From assembly GCA_963693365.1 (NCBI GenBank), contig CAVNZM010000004.1:13471428-13535427 (forward strand): a stretch of DNA of 64,000 nucleotides, in the 5' to 3' direction. The translations under genes and the position numbers were made by a program. Every line of letters begins with the position of its first letter. Within the stretch, counting starts at the first letter, position 1. The stretch is from Amoebidium appalachense (lineage: Eukaryota; Protista; Ichthyosporea). This document shows positions 14,510 through 33,222 of the stretch, one piece after another. The notes beneath the pieces are model-generated. The model did no database searches. It was not told the origin of the DNA and saw nothing but the letters and a program-made list of their open reading frames with translations.

Positions 14510-14801
14510 CGCGCACCAGCATGAGAGCACTTGTATCACATACACAACTGCCCCAATCCAAACTCCTAAATGCAGCAGTGACCATAAACTAATCTGAGGT
14601 GTGCCTCTAGGATGACGATTCCACATCTGCCGAGCAACTATTTCTGGCAATGTGCAATGAGCTGGTAACCCCCCCTCCCATCCTCCCCCATCCCCCATCC
14701 CCCCTCCCCCCGTGTTGGGTTCCCTCCTCTACTCTGTCTGCCAGGTTTTAATTCAGTCGCAACGATCCCCCTTGGCCCTCTCCTGCCCTTTACTGCGCTA
14801 C

Positions 14802-14868
<67 letters not shown>

Positions 14869-15104
14869 AAGGGAAAAAAAAAACAGCCCTTGCTGCAGGA
14901 TCCCCACTCTCTCCTGTACCTTGAATATTTTTTGTTTGCCTTTAACCAAAAAGCATAATCGCATGAACATGTGCACATACTTTGAGAAGGGACCGTTTTC
15001 TTCATGTCCAGCACACCACTCCTCCTTTTCACCCCTCCCCCCACTGCGTATGCACATGTGCACCCAGACACACACCCACAACCCACTCACAAACACACAC
15101 ACAA

Positions 15105-15171
<67 letters not shown>

Positions 15172-15220
15172 GCACTCGCACTCGCACACGCACACACACG
15201 CACCACGCACACGCACACCC

Positions 15221-15295
<75 letters not shown>

Positions 15296-15395
15296 GCACA
15301 CGCACACACACACACACGCACTACATACACACACACACACACGCACGCGCACGCGCACGCACATGCACACGCACACACCACATACACACGCGCGC

Positions 15396-15480
<85 letters not shown>

Positions 15481-16243
15481 GGACGGGTGTTGGGTACAGC
15501 AAAGGGGTCTGAATGCACTGGGAGTAAGAGACGGTAGGGATTATGGTGAGAAGAGGCGCTGCTTCATGGCGTTGAAAGGGAGGCATCAGAGCCTAAAAGC
15601 CATACATAACTCTGCCGTTTGCCAACTTATGGACACACTTGGTTTTTGTCCCCGCTCATTCATTTTTTTATTCTTCATCCCCCCCCCCTCCCCCCTCCCC
15701 CCTCCCCCCCTCCCCCGCTCCACTTTCCCCCCAACACACACAAAAAAAAACCTGTGCAGTCACCAGAGTGGTACCGCCTTTCGGAGGACAGCTACGGCAG
15801 CCACATCGTGCGGGTGGTGGTGGGGCTGGCCAGTGGAGGGGGGCTGCCGTCTGATCTTGTGCGCAGCAAAAACAGCAGAGCATTCAGGATACGGGGGGAG
15901 GAGACAAAGGCCCCTACAGAGGAGGTGCGTGGATGTACTGTACCGTGGTTTATTTACTTGGAAGGGGGAGAGAGGGAAATGTGGGGTGGCAATGAGAGTG
16001 TTGTTAATAGGCAAAGAAGTGATGGGGGTAGCAGGGTTGATGGGGGGAGGATGGGGACTTAGAGGGCGCAGCGCACGGATGGGCGATGGGTTTGTGTTGG
16101 AGAATGTGTCAGATGGAGGACTGAGTTGGGTGTGCTTGTGTTCTTGGTGGAGTTGTCGAATGGACTGTATCTGTTTACAGGTCTATATTTTACTGCTTAC
16201 ATGGATGGAGGTGAGCGCACAGGTACCCACAGTTGCACACATG

Positions 16244-16340
<97 letters not shown>

Positions 16341-16593
16341 AACGGATCGGCTGCTTGCTCGTGGGCGCATGCAACCTCTGCATGTAATCGCCCCCACTCA
16401 TGGAATCATCCCGGGCAGGTGGAGCAAGAATACGATGCCCCGGCCTCCTTCCGGCCGCTTCTAGACCGCATCTGTGAGGCCATTATGGGCCGCAACTATA
16501 TGATCAGCGAGCTGGGCAACCCGGCACTCAGGTGGGTGGGGGTGTGCTTGTGTGCATGGAGATATGGGTGGGGTGAGGTGGTGGTGTGTGTGT

Positions 16594-16654
<61 letters not shown>

Positions 16655-17196
16655 ATGTTGTATACCTGCACACATATCCGCTTGTAAACGCACCTACATT
16701 TGATGCAAGATGTCCATGTGTGTGCATTCGTGTTAAGTGTGCATGTGTGTGTTTGTGTGTGCGTGCTCTCGCACATGTGTGTGTGTGGGAGTTTTTTTTT
16801 TTTTTTTTTTTTTTGGGGGGGGGGGGGGAGGGGGGGGTAATGACGTGTGTGCCGCTATCGTAATGATGAAGTTACTTCCCTCACTATTGGCATACCTTGA
16901 CATTCCATTCACATACCTTACATTCCATCATAGTGCCGTGGTGCAGTCGCTCCTAATGGCTCTCAGCAAGAAAAGAGCCAAGGCTTGTCGAAAGTTGGTA
17001 ATGAAGCTGCTTAATCAGGTACTGGCCGCCAACACAATCCCCCTCTCCTTGTAGCTAGTTTTTCCTTCAATACCCCTCTCCCCCTTCCCCCCCCCCCCCC
17101 CCTGCCTCCCCGTCGCCCGTTCACATCAATTTATAGGCGGACACGCGCACAACATGCAGGCAGACATGTACACTCACATGCGTGCGCGCGCGCGCC

Positions 17197-17260
<64 letters not shown>

Positions 17261-17559
17261 ACGGTCTTTTACGTTGTACTGCTGGAGGAATCCCATCTCC
17301 CCGTTACAACACACAACCATTCGCCTCTCACCCACCCCACATCCGTGCACTTCGCCTTCTCCACTATAACCTCTTGGTAGTACATTGCCACATATTGTTT
17401 TGAGCCCCCCCCCCCCCCCCCTCCCCCCTTCTCTAAACAGAAGAGGAAAAGAGGGATTCATGGATGTTACTTAATATAGGGGTTCTTCCGATAATTTGAT
17501 CATTACCAGTGTTGCTTGTAGTGATTGTGCTTTATCAGTGCCTCACTACACACACACAC

Positions 17560-17597
<38 letters not shown>

Positions 17598-17689
17598 ATC
17601 GCCTCGCCCCCACACACACACGCACACACACGCACACACATTACACATACATGCACCTGCGCACACACCCTCACACTCACACACTCACA

Positions 17690-17750
<61 letters not shown>

Positions 17751-18509
17751 CTGACACCACCATCATTCACAGCCGGATGTGAATGCCGCAGAACTTTCTA
17801 CAATGGACGTTCAACACATAGAACAAAGACTAATCACGGACCCGGTAACATGCCCTCCCCCCCCCCCCCCCTCCCCCCTCCCCGCCCTCTTCCTCTTCCC
17901 CCCGCTCTCACAGCCCTACCTGCCTGCTACTCTCTGAGCCATTGAATACCCTATCTCCACGCCCACCTCTAACCCCGCCTCTGTACCCCCCCAACCGCCA
18001 TTGCTCTCCTGGCATGCGTGCTTGTATATGCACTCGTGTCCTGGCCACCGTAACTATTGTTTTTTCTTTCGCATTACCCTTGGTTGAAACCATATATCTT
18101 GCGATGGAAAGCCACATGAGTTGTTGCTTGTGCCAAAAAGCAGTTTGTGAGGAGCAGTGCACCGGAAATAGAGTGTGGGTTTGATTTGTAATGGTAGTGT
18201 GTGCATGCGGGCAGGCAGGCAGGCCAGCGTGCATGTATGGTTGGGTGAAATCGTGTGTGCGTGTGTGCGTGCTTGCGTGCATGTGTGGAATCGGTCGTGC
18301 ACAGGACATTCAAGTGAGCAAAGGGACGTGTTCCCTGCAGAACTCACAACCTACACATCTCCAATGAATTGGCTGGTGTAACTTCTGTTTTGCGATCAGG
18401 GATTGTGTTTCTGATCTGGTTGTGTTGCAGATTGGTAGTCGGTTGATGGAGGTGATTTTGAAAGTGGCCGATGTGGACATCTTGCACCGTTTGTATCGCG
18501 GTAGGTGCA

Positions 18510-18543
<34 letters not shown>

Positions 18544-18746
18544 GTGTGTATGGACGCACATGGTCTCAACGGAAAAAGGGGGGGGGGGGGGGGGGGGGGG
18601 AGGGGGGGGGAGGGGGGGAGGGAAGGGGGAGGGGAGGGGAGGGTATTGGAGAAGATGTAGGGCTGAGTGGTTGTGCTCATGACGATGATGTGGTATGAGT
18701 GTGGTTGATTGGGTGGGAGGTGTCCGTGAGGGGTGTTTTTTTTTTT

Positions 18747-18777
<31 letters not shown>

Positions 18778-18952
18778 GGGGACGAGATGTTAGGTGTAGC
18801 CATGTTATACTCATATGGTATCGTGGCTATGGTGCAAGAGGGACTTCCTACTAACCCAAACTTCCCACACAGAATGCTTCCGTGGCAAAATGGTTGAGTT
18901 CGGCAAGCATCCGGTGGCAAACTTTGTCGTCTCACATCTCTTGGCGTATGTA

Positions 18953-18998
<46 letters not shown>

Positions 18999-19355
18999 CT
19001 AAATTCCCCACCCCCCCCGCCCCTCCTCCCCCCCTCCCCCTGCTAGCATATGTGTTCGCAATGTTTGCTACTCTGTATTAGTTTTCTTTGATCCTCTCTT
19101 CTCCAGGTGTTGTTCCTTCCAGTTAATGCTTTCCACACATATTCGATTCAATGCTATTCTTTCCTCATTGCCCCATCACCCTCTGGGTTCGGGTGTTTCA
19201 ACACGGTAGAACACTTATGGGGCACAAATTCGGCCACACAAGTTGCACCCATCACCCCCGACATGCTTGTAATCAATTATGTATAACTATACCATGCACA
19301 CGCACGAAACGCATGCATGTGCACGTCTGCATACATTCTGGCACCAGTTCATATG

Positions 19356-19445
<90 letters not shown>

Positions 19446-19481
19446 TGCACGGCTGCATATTTCTGGCACCAATTCACATGT

Positions 19482-19522
<41 letters not shown>

Positions 19523-21142
19523 CACACACACACAGGTCCACAAAGACCGAAACCGAGGCGTCTCTTATGATTGAGGAGCTTCTTGAAAGTGTCGAGACAC
19601 TGTTAGCCCACGGCCACATCATAGTGGTCATAAAGATGGTCGAGGCATGCCTGTTGGTGAGTGTGGGTGCGGGTATGTCTGTGCTTGTGTACTTGTCGTC
19701 GTGTGTGGGTGCGTGTGGGTGGGTGGGTGGGTGGGTGGGTGGGTGGGTGGGTGTGTGTGTGTGTGTGTGTGTGTCTTTGTCTGTGTCTGTGTTAGATGGT
19801 CGAAGCATGCATATTGGTGAGTGTTTGGTGCGGGCATGTCATTGCACATGAGCTTGTTGTCGTATGTGTGTGACTGTGTCTGTGTCTGTGTGTGTCTGTC
19901 TCTGTGTCTGTCTCTGTGCCTGTGTTGAGAGTGGAGGGTCAGAATATGCTGTCTACTGCTATTTCTTTGCCATGTGCTGTGTGTACTGACTGTTTTATGG
20001 CCACACCCCACTGACCCATGGCCCATGCAGGCACCCAAACTGCAGAAGAAGGTAGTTAATGCGATCTTCAAGAGTTTCCACATCAACGACCCTGCAGACC
20101 AGAAAGAGAGTATGAACCCCTGGTTGATTACCTGTAATCTTCGCTTGTTTATATGTGTGTGTGTGTATGTATGTATGTTGTGCGGAGTTGCACACACCGG
20201 TGTCTACTTTTCTTCCTACTGTTTTTCTCTCCACACACTTCATCTGTCCACTTCTGCTTACCCCCTCTCATAGCTATAGACACACTTCACACATTGCGGT
20301 ACGCGGACGCATGCACACACCGCTCTGTTGGCGACAGCTCCCTTGGAACCCATGCGGCATGTTACCCGCCGGCGTAACATAACTCGGACTATCGGTTTGG
20401 CTTTTTTCAAGCCCAAAGCAATGGGTGATAGCATATTTTCGGCTGACATCCGGGGGCATAGCTTTCCATTCGAAGACGTTAAAGTTCCGCCCTAGTAAGC
20501 GTGTTACTACCCTGCGGCGTGGGTCAAATCTCATATTTTCCCCTCTGATTGCGAAATCTGCAGCCTTCGGGACTTTATTCTTTTCAGCTGGTGTAGTATG
20601 TTAGCCAGGGAAGTATCGACTTAGGTAGTGACGGGGGAGCTTCCCAGAAGCCCCGTCTCCTGAGTTCCTATCTATATTTTTCTTGCTTCTGTTTACTGCT
20701 GCAACTTTAACCCCCGGCCTTTCCCACTGCCCTTGCCTGCATAAGCAACCCTGCTCGTCTCTGATCAAGACGGGTGACCTACTCATGTTCAAGTGAAACA
20801 GTATCTGAGTTGGGTTTCGTTAACGAGGTGAATAGGTCGAAACTCGGGTACTGTGGATGACGTGGGCCCCCCTGAGGATGGGCTCTGCTTATTATGCATA
20901 CTCTTTATGTATGACTTGCATTCTGCATCGTGTTATCCGTTTGTTCTTGTATACTTCGTACTTTATGACGCATTTAAAACCCCCCTCCCCCCCTCCCCAA
21001 GAAAAAAAAAAAGAAAAAAAAAAAAAGAAAGAAAGAAAACGGTTTGTTTGTTGTTTGCACACCATGCTATGTTCTCCACGGCATTCTTTGCTGTTTCTTG
21101 ACGCTTCGTGCTGGTTTCACGATGTGCACACATTACTAACCC

Positions 21143-21173
<31 letters not shown>

Positions 21174-21313
21174 AAAAAAAAAAAAAAGAAAAAAAAACCA
21201 AACAAGCACACACCTATCTATAGTCATGCAGGCAAGCCTCAAAGCTCTGGCCCTGGACCTCTATAGTCAATGGGATGTTAATGTGGGTTCTGAGCCTGAT
21301 AATTCTTGCTTCT

Positions 21314-21363
<50 letters not shown>

Positions 21364-21495
21364 ACATACACACACACACACTCACACTCACACACCCTCT
21401 CCAAACCTTCACACACAAGGGGCTTCCACCCGCCGTTGCCCTGCACATTGCCCAAAACCATACACACTTCTGTGTGATATTTGCATGCTGCCCAC

Positions 21496-21587
<92 letters not shown>

Positions 21588-22710
21588 CATACCGCTTGCT
21601 TTGCGCCTGACCACCCTTGAGACGTATCGGGGGGAGGACGGCACCGCAGCGGCCGGCAAAGCCATGGCCCTAAAGCTCAACGGGGCACTACTGCTCCAGG
21701 CTATTTTTAAACTCGACCAGAACACTATCAACCCTGTGGCTATCAGGTGTGTGCATGTGTTTGGGGGTGGGGGCATATGGGTGGGTGGATGGGTGTGGTT
21801 GGGTGGGTGTGTGTGTGGGGGGGGGGGGGGGGGTGCGTCTGTGTGTGTGCATGCTGTGTGAGAGAAGGGGATTACGGTGTTGGTTTTTAATAGGTGGAGA
21901 AATGCAAATACGTTGTGTGGGTTGGGGTGCAGATCACGGCTTGAGGTGTCGTGTGGTATGTGTGGGGGGAAGGAGGGGAGGGGGGGGAGGGGGGGGGAGG
22001 GGGGAGGGGACGAGTTGGGTAGATCAGACAGTCTGTAACGGGCCGATCTCTTGTCAGACGAACAGGGGAGGGGTGAAACACAAGCACCTGCACTCTTCTG
22101 CTTCCTACTCTAGACGGTGACAAAGTCTTGGTTCGGACACCTTTTAGAGTGTGCTTGGTAGGGTCGAGTAGAGAGTTTGAAGCAAAAGTGTGACAAGTGA
22201 ATGTAGGCGTGGGATTTGGGTACTTGTCTTCTTTGTGTATCTCATTTACTTTCCTTTGTGTGTACATGATATCTCATTTCCTTTCCTTGGTGTGTAGATA
22301 TACTAACACACACATGTGTGCAGTCTGCTTAGTCTTGGTGTTGAGGGGGTGCTAGCGCTAGCCCTTCATCCGATTGGTGCGCACGTGGTGGAGGGATTCA
22401 TGAAGGGCAATGTGGATTTGAACATGAAGAAGCGCCTGATCAAGCTGCTCAAGGGCAACTATGTCAAGGTGTGTGTGTGTGTGGTGGTGGGGGGGGGGGG
22501 GGGGGGGGGGGGGGAGGGGGGGGGTCGGTGGGTGGGTGGGTGGGTGAGTGTGCAGGCGTTCCTGTACTCGGTCATTTCAATCTCCCCCCCCCCCCCCCTC
22601 CCCTCCCCCCTCCTCCTCCCCCCGTCCCATCCCCCCAATCTAACTAGAGCCTCTACTCTGTCAGTTCAGTGGTTGGGCAGCCCTTTTTCACTTTGCCAAG
22701 CCGTCATTGT

Positions 22711-22746
<36 letters not shown>

Positions 22747-23335
22747 CCCCCGGGCATTCTGGGTTTGTTTTTGCAGGTCACCTGTGTGTTCTCCCCATGT
22801 TCCTCAGTTTAGTGTCCGTACTCCCTACTGTGTACCGTATTCCCCCCTCCCCCCACCCGCCCACCCACCCACCCACCCACCCACCCACCCACCCATCCCC
22901 TGTTCCCCAATGTATGCTTGCTATCCCCGCCCTTCACATGTTTTTGCCCACTGACCACCACGTTTTGCAGCTTGCGGTGGACAAGAATGGCAGCCACACG
23001 GTGGATGCATGCTGGGCCCGGTCAGACCTCAAGAATAAGGTGTGTGCTGATGAGAGGGGGGTTGGATGGTTGGATCGGTGTGTGTGTGTGGGGGGGGGGG
23101 GGGGGGGGGGGGAGAGGGGCTTCACCGCATCCCCTTTGTCCTTCACTCATTCATTCGTTTGTTCGTTCGTCCATTCTTCCTGATGTGTCCTTAATGCTTT
23201 GGACTGCACTTGGGAGTGTGTGGCAAATATCCGATGTACAGCCATGCCTGCATCAATATCGACACCAACATAGGACAGAGCCGGGCTGAGACGGTTTCCC
23301 CCCCCCCCCTTTTTTTTTTCCTTTCTTTTTTTTTT

Positions 23336-23366
<31 letters not shown>

Positions 23367-23481
23367 GGGGGGAGGGGGGGGGGGCAAGGCATCTGACTTT
23401 GGAACCGAACAGGAATTGATTGCCGACGAGCTATTGGCCAAAGAGGACGAGCTGAAGGACAGCTTCTACGGCCGCAAAGTG

Positions 23482-23536
<55 letters not shown>

Positions 23537-23731
23537 TGCCTGTATGCCTTCCTGGGTACGTGCGTATGTGACGGGCTTATGCACCATTGCTATGGGCGAT
23601 GAAGCTGGTGTGCGTTATATTGTAGCCCCCAAGGGGGGGGGGGGGGGGGAGGGGGGGGGGGAGGGGGGGGGGGGGGGGGGGAGGGTTAAGCAGATGTGGA
23701 TTTTGTTTTGTTTCTTGTTTTTTTTTTTTTT

Positions 23732-23762
<31 letters not shown>

Positions 23763-24539
23763 GGGTACGACCGTGCGCTGCCGGGCACGTCGTCCCGAAC
23801 CCTTTCTGTGTCTACTTAACACACAAACCTTCATAATGCAGACACACTTTGTTTTCCCCTGATAACTGATAGCACTTTCAGATGTTATCTCTCACCCTTC
23901 CCCCTCACACACACAGAGAGACACACACAAGATTGCAAACACACACACACACACACACACACACCTGCAACTGCAACTGCCTTCGTTGCACGCAGGCAAG
24001 TGCACAACCACCAGTCCCCCATGTCTCTCCCCCATCGGTTACCATGTTATTGTGTTTGGTGCATGCACACATGTACACGTGCCTCTTTTTGAAGTCTGCT
24101 GCTGATTGGCTCCATGTCAGATGTTCAACTGCCACTTTGAGCACATCAAGCGCAAGAGAGACACGTGGAAGGACAAGGAGGCAGCCAACGAGAAGAAGAA
24201 GGCCATGTTTGCTGACATACTGCAAGAGGACCCCCAGCCAAAGAAGAGTACGTGGGTGGGTGTGGGTGTGGGTGGGAGGGGGGAGGGGGGAAAAAGGAAG
24301 GTTCGTATCTTGATTGCGTGTTCTGACCTCCGATTGCCCCCCCCCCCCCCCACCCCCCCCACCCCGCCCCACCCGCACCCGTCGTCCCCACGTATATGCA
24401 GAGGCCAAAGAGCCCAAGAAGGCTAAGCCCAAGCCTGATGAGGAGCTGGAACTGCCGCCAAACGAAATCGATGACGTCTTTGCCGTGGCAAGGGGCAGGG
24501 GCAAGAAGAGGGACCACCAGGTGTGTGTATGTGTGGGTT

Positions 24540-24579
<40 letters not shown>

Positions 24580-24771
24580 CGGCGTGTAAGTTTGTGTTCG
24601 GGATGCGTTATGCTCAGTGGCTGTGACTGCCTCTCCTAAACAGTATGTGGGAAAGAACATAGAAATGGCTGCAAAAGGCAGGGTGGGAGGTGTGATGGAG
24701 GGCATAATGGGGGTGGGTGAGCGGGCTGGATTGGGGTGTTTTTTGGTGGTTGTTTCAAATTTTTTTTTTTT

Positions 24772-24824
<53 letters not shown>

Positions 24825-25337
24825 ATGTGGGGCTGGATAAGGGTGCAATCAATGAACGGATTGGTTCTGCCGTCGAGAGTCACGGGGAACAAAGGGAGGC
24901 AGGGGGGGGGGGGGGGGGGGGGAGTCTTTTCTCATTGGTGGTTTTGCAGGCACCAGTCAAGGAGGAGGCCGAAACAGAAGCCCAGTCTGAGGGCAAGAAG
25001 AAGAAAAAGAAGAAGGACCAGGTGGGCGCATGCAGGGCATGGCTGTGTGTGCCAGTGGGTGTGCGTGTGTGTCTGAATATGTGTGCACACTGTGCTTGTG
25101 TCGATGAAAACGTCATGTTTTTTTTCATTTGCATGACCTGCGTGTGCATGCGCATGTCTTTGGTGTGTTCCTGGGTGCCCTTCCCCCTAAGACTAATGAT
25201 TGGTCTTTGCAGGCTGTGGGCAAGACGGACCAGACGGAGGAAGAGAAGGAAAAAATGAAAGACGACATGGTGGAGATGTCCTCCATCCTGAAGGGTACGT
25301 GCACACACACACACACACACACACATGCGCGGACACA

Positions 25338-25388
<51 letters not shown>

Positions 25389-25441
25389 GCATGCACGCGC
25401 GCACGTACCGATACACACCCGTGCGCGTGCATATTCACTAC

Positions 25442-25523
<82 letters not shown>

Positions 25524-25656
25524 ACACACCTGTATATCAAATCCAGGGGCACCGCTGCATATGACATCCACACATTGCACTCCACAGAAACCAAATCTGT
25601 TTCCCATCCATTCTCCATACTTACAGTTCATGCATCCTATACCCCCTCTCTCAATT

Positions 25657-25736
<80 letters not shown>

Positions 25737-25878
25737 AAAAAAACTATTCCCATAATTAACTGACATGCTGGGCCACCCTGCAGAGTCCAAAAAGAAAAAG
25801 AAGTCCAAGAAGCGAAAGGAGGAGGAGGAGGAGTCTGAGGGACCCAAGAAGAAGAAGAAGAAATTCATGATGAGCTAG
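12350..25878 (+). CDS. NOP9: Nucleolar protein 9 (Pumilio/PUF-repeat 40S biogenesis factor), about 20 exons
   Basis: Exons translate to ...ETLEYFRHV...[10 protein letters not shown]...[12 protein letters not shown]...[10 protein letters not shown]...[12 protein letters not shown]...KHPVANFVV...[11 protein letters not shown]...[15 protein letters not shown]...DSFYGRKV, followed by a Lys-rich tail ending [10 protein letters not shown]; the introns I checked are GT-AG. Confidence 0.92.
20120..20979 (+). mobile_element. Full-length copy of the ~860-bp element (NOP9 intron, 10 nt after the donor at 20110)
   Basis: Homologous to 5728-6594 in opposite orientation; followed by a C-run and an A-rich tract (about 20980-21039). 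Confidence 0.88.
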
Positions 25879-26837
25879 GCATCAAATATGCAAGCCCCAT
25901 TTATCTACTGTGTGCATGTGTGCATGCCATTGCATCGTGCCAAATACTGCGCAGGTGTTGATAGATCGCTGTGGGTGTACAGATACGTTGCTTGGAAATG
26001 TTGCTGGCAACACATGCAGATTCAGATCGGTGTTGTTGCACACTGACAACGAACGAGAAAAAGGTGTATAAACACCCACACAGATATACATGCACGTGCA
26101 CACACCAAAATGTTTGTAATTAGCAGCAGCGGCCACTCACAGGCGGTACCATTACTCGCACATAGTACATGCATGATATAAACCTAAAATCTCACTAATT
26201 AGTTCCCACAACTAACGAATGATCATCACATACACATCAGCATTGCAGCCCTGAAGGCTTCAATTATTTTATTTGGTATCGATTTTTGGTGACATAATAC
26301 ATAGCAGAAAGCATATATACTCAAAATCGCACTCAGGCATATGCTTTCTGCTATGTATTGAGTAGCAAACCTGAAAAATAAATAATAATAAAAGGAATGA
26401 AAAACAAAGGTTCCGTGGCCGATGCATTGTAATGCAAGCTATTAGAATTCGAACCAAGCATCGCAATAAACTTATATGTACAAGTGTATAGATGTTACAC
26501 TTAAAACGCATCAGTGTGCTCTTCTGTACAGGTCATAAAACGGCCACTTGCATAGCGCCAAGCATGCCCAATCATGTCCCCTGCAACATCATCCATGCAA
26601 GGTGTTACCCTGCATCATGTTATTACCGTCAGCAACTCGAAGGGATCATTGAAGGAAACCCGCCTTGGCAAGCATACATCTACGCAACTGCAATAGCAAA
26701 ACAGGAGCCCTCTAACTTCCAAACAGTCAATTGCAAGCAGCTTTGGTTGGCTTGGAGTAGATTACAAGCGATGAATTTCATGTCAACATTTACAATTACC
26801 AAATAGAACTGGTCGTGGGAGATGGTCATGTGATGGT

Positions 26838-30598
<3,761 letters not shown>

Positions 30599-31365
30599 GT
30601 CCGTGCCTGCCTGCAGACACAGGTTGGAATGTGCAGCTGTGTAGCACAAGAATATTCAGTTACTCTTAGGCTGCCAGAAAATCAGGGAGAAAAGGGAAGA
30701 GGGTTGCAGGGAGACCGCCAACCCCTGCAAGTAAAGAGTGATGCTGGATGACTTTGTGCTATTCAGACCAATGCAACACGTGTCCGTGATTGTGGATGTG
30801 TGCATGGGTGCGTGCTTGTATGAATATGAATGGGTGTGTGCTTGTTTGTCTCCTTGAGTGCATGTGTGCGTTCCGATTTGCTCAAACACGTGCGTAATGA
30901 AGTGCATGGGTTTGCCAGAGCAAAATGCACCTGCAAGGGGGAGAGAAGGGGGAGGAAGGGGAGAGGGGGGGAAGCGGAAAGCAGAGGGCAAGGAGAGGGT
31001 TGGGGGAGGCGCCGGGATGGGGGGAGGGGGGGAGGGGGGGAGGGGGGGGCTACCATCTTCAAGGCGGTGCATTAATTCTGGATATGTCTCAGTGGCACAC
31101 AATACATAAACAAACGAACACACGTGCACTCGCTGCAACCAACTCGGACACATGTTTCAGTGTGAAAAGAACCTTGAAGAGAAGCTAAAAATCATGTGGC
31201 TGCCAACACGTCAGCGCGTGTCAGGTTGGGATGGATGGGGGGCTGTGAGGGGGAGGAGGAGGACTGGAGGGAGGCGCACTCGGGGAGAGGGGAGAGGGGG
31301 GGGCGTGGAGGTGGGGGAAGGGGGGCGGGGGGGGGCCGGAAAAGGGGGAGGGGAGGGGGAGGGGG

Positions 31366-31409
<44 letters not shown>

Positions 31410-31973
31410 GCGTGGTAGAACCTAATCGCCACAGAATGGAGTATGCGGGCGCTATGGCGCTACTTCGAACAGCTCTAGTAGATTGCTAGGTTGAATCTGC
31501 GTAGTCCTCTGTAAATTGCTGTCACAAAGATGATGGCCTTCTGTAGACGTCTGACAGACGGTGCACTCGCGGAGTCGCACGCGTGGCAGAAGCCGTACGA
31601 CGTCGGTGGGCCGGCCGTCACACTCGGTCACACTGTTCAAAGTCAAAAACTGAGTTGAGGTGATGGGAACGATAAACTATAAATGGCTAAAAGGCTCACG
31701 GTTTTTTAAAGTTGTCTTTTTTTCCCGCCCTTTTCGGAAGACATCGATGCCATCGCTCAGCGACAGTCGACGTCAGCCCGACTCTTTGCCTGAAACAAGA
31801 GCAGCGCATGGACACGTGTGCGCCGGGCTTTTTGTGTTGCCCAGATGATATGTGCACGGGTAGTTGTCAAAGGGGATTTATATGACGAGAAACAGGCAGC
31901 GTTTAATATGTGTGCGGCGCTTAGAGTTTAGCGTTGCACCACACAGATCTCTTGCAGGATCTACGCTTACAAA

Positions 31974-33098
31974 ATGGAGTCCCAGTTCTGTGAAGCAGAT
32001 CGGGCTGGCTGTGGGGGCAAGGTGGAGATGCTTGAACCCGCAGAGATGGTGTGTGTGGTGGCGTGTGGATTGTTTTTTCTGACCGGTCTGCTGACTGGGG
32101 TGTGGAAATATGTGCACATACGGTCAAACAAGAGCTCCTCAGCTCCGAGGTGAGTGTGCATGTACATGTGTGCGTACGTGGGACTGTGTGTGTGTGCATG
32201 CATGTGTGTGCTTGTGTGTGTGTTTTCGTGGTTTTTTTTTTTTGTGTGTGTGTGTTTGTGGGGGGAGGGGAAGCGTGTGTGTTTGTGTGTTGGAGTGTGT
32301 GTTTGTGTGTATACGCGTGCATTTGTGGCATTGTGCATGTGTAACATCGCAATTGCATGTGTGGGTGTGTGTACAATGCGAGTGCAAAACATATGGTGTG
32401 GTGTGTGCATACGTGTTTTGGTGTTCGCTTGTGCCCCCTTGGGCGACACCCGTTAAGCCTTAGGCAGAGGCACGAGTGGGAAGAAGGTGTGAGTTCTGCT
32501 AATGATGTCCATGAAACATGCTATGTGCATCTGTAAAAATCTCTAAAAACATCCAGTGCATTAGGTCGGGCACACACAGATCATATTACCTACTGCGGTG
32601 TTCGTTGTGCCCCTACTTTATAAGTGAGCCCTAAACAGGCCAAGTGTAATGTGGGCCGTTCTTGGCACTGTCTGGCTGAGAGCTGTGTGCTAATAAAGCA
32701 TAAGGAATAAGCTCGTACCAACAAGAACATTGGATTTCGGCAGTGCCGGAGCGGCAAGGAGGAGCTGTGGTGTGTGTGTGTGGAAGGGGGGGGGGGGGGG
32801 GGGGGGAGGGGGGGGAGGGGGGGGGGGGGTTGGAGGAGGAAGGGTGGAGGAGGGAGGGGGGGGGGGGGGGGGGGGGATGGAGGGAGGGGAGGGGGGGGGG
32901 GGGGGGGGGTTCGAGATTAAATTTTGAACAGGGCGAGAAACACAAAGACGAAATGACTCACAGTGGCTTTTGATGCAGATACGTCAACGTGGCACACGAG
33001 GCCTCCCTCTCCTACTCGTTTGCCTGCCTGGTCATGCTCAAGTTTGTCGAACTGTCCAACCAGTCACAAACAACTAAACTCTGGGCTGCTGGTATCAT

Positions 33099-33130
<32 letters not shown>

Positions 33131-33191
33131 TCCTGGCTCCTATATTAAAAAGAACGAAAAGGGAAATGGGTGGATATTTTTTAATTTTTTT

Positions 33192-33222
<31 letters not shown>

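Noticed and set aside
20120-20140. Element 5' end CTGGTTGAT resembles the 18S rRNA 5' end (CTGGTTGATCCTGCC)
   Set aside because: Match is only about 9-10 nt, with no further rRNA similarity.
20836-20890. GAAAC...GTA...CTGAGGA as a permuted hammerhead ribozyme
   Set aside because: Stems I and II cannot be formed around the core.
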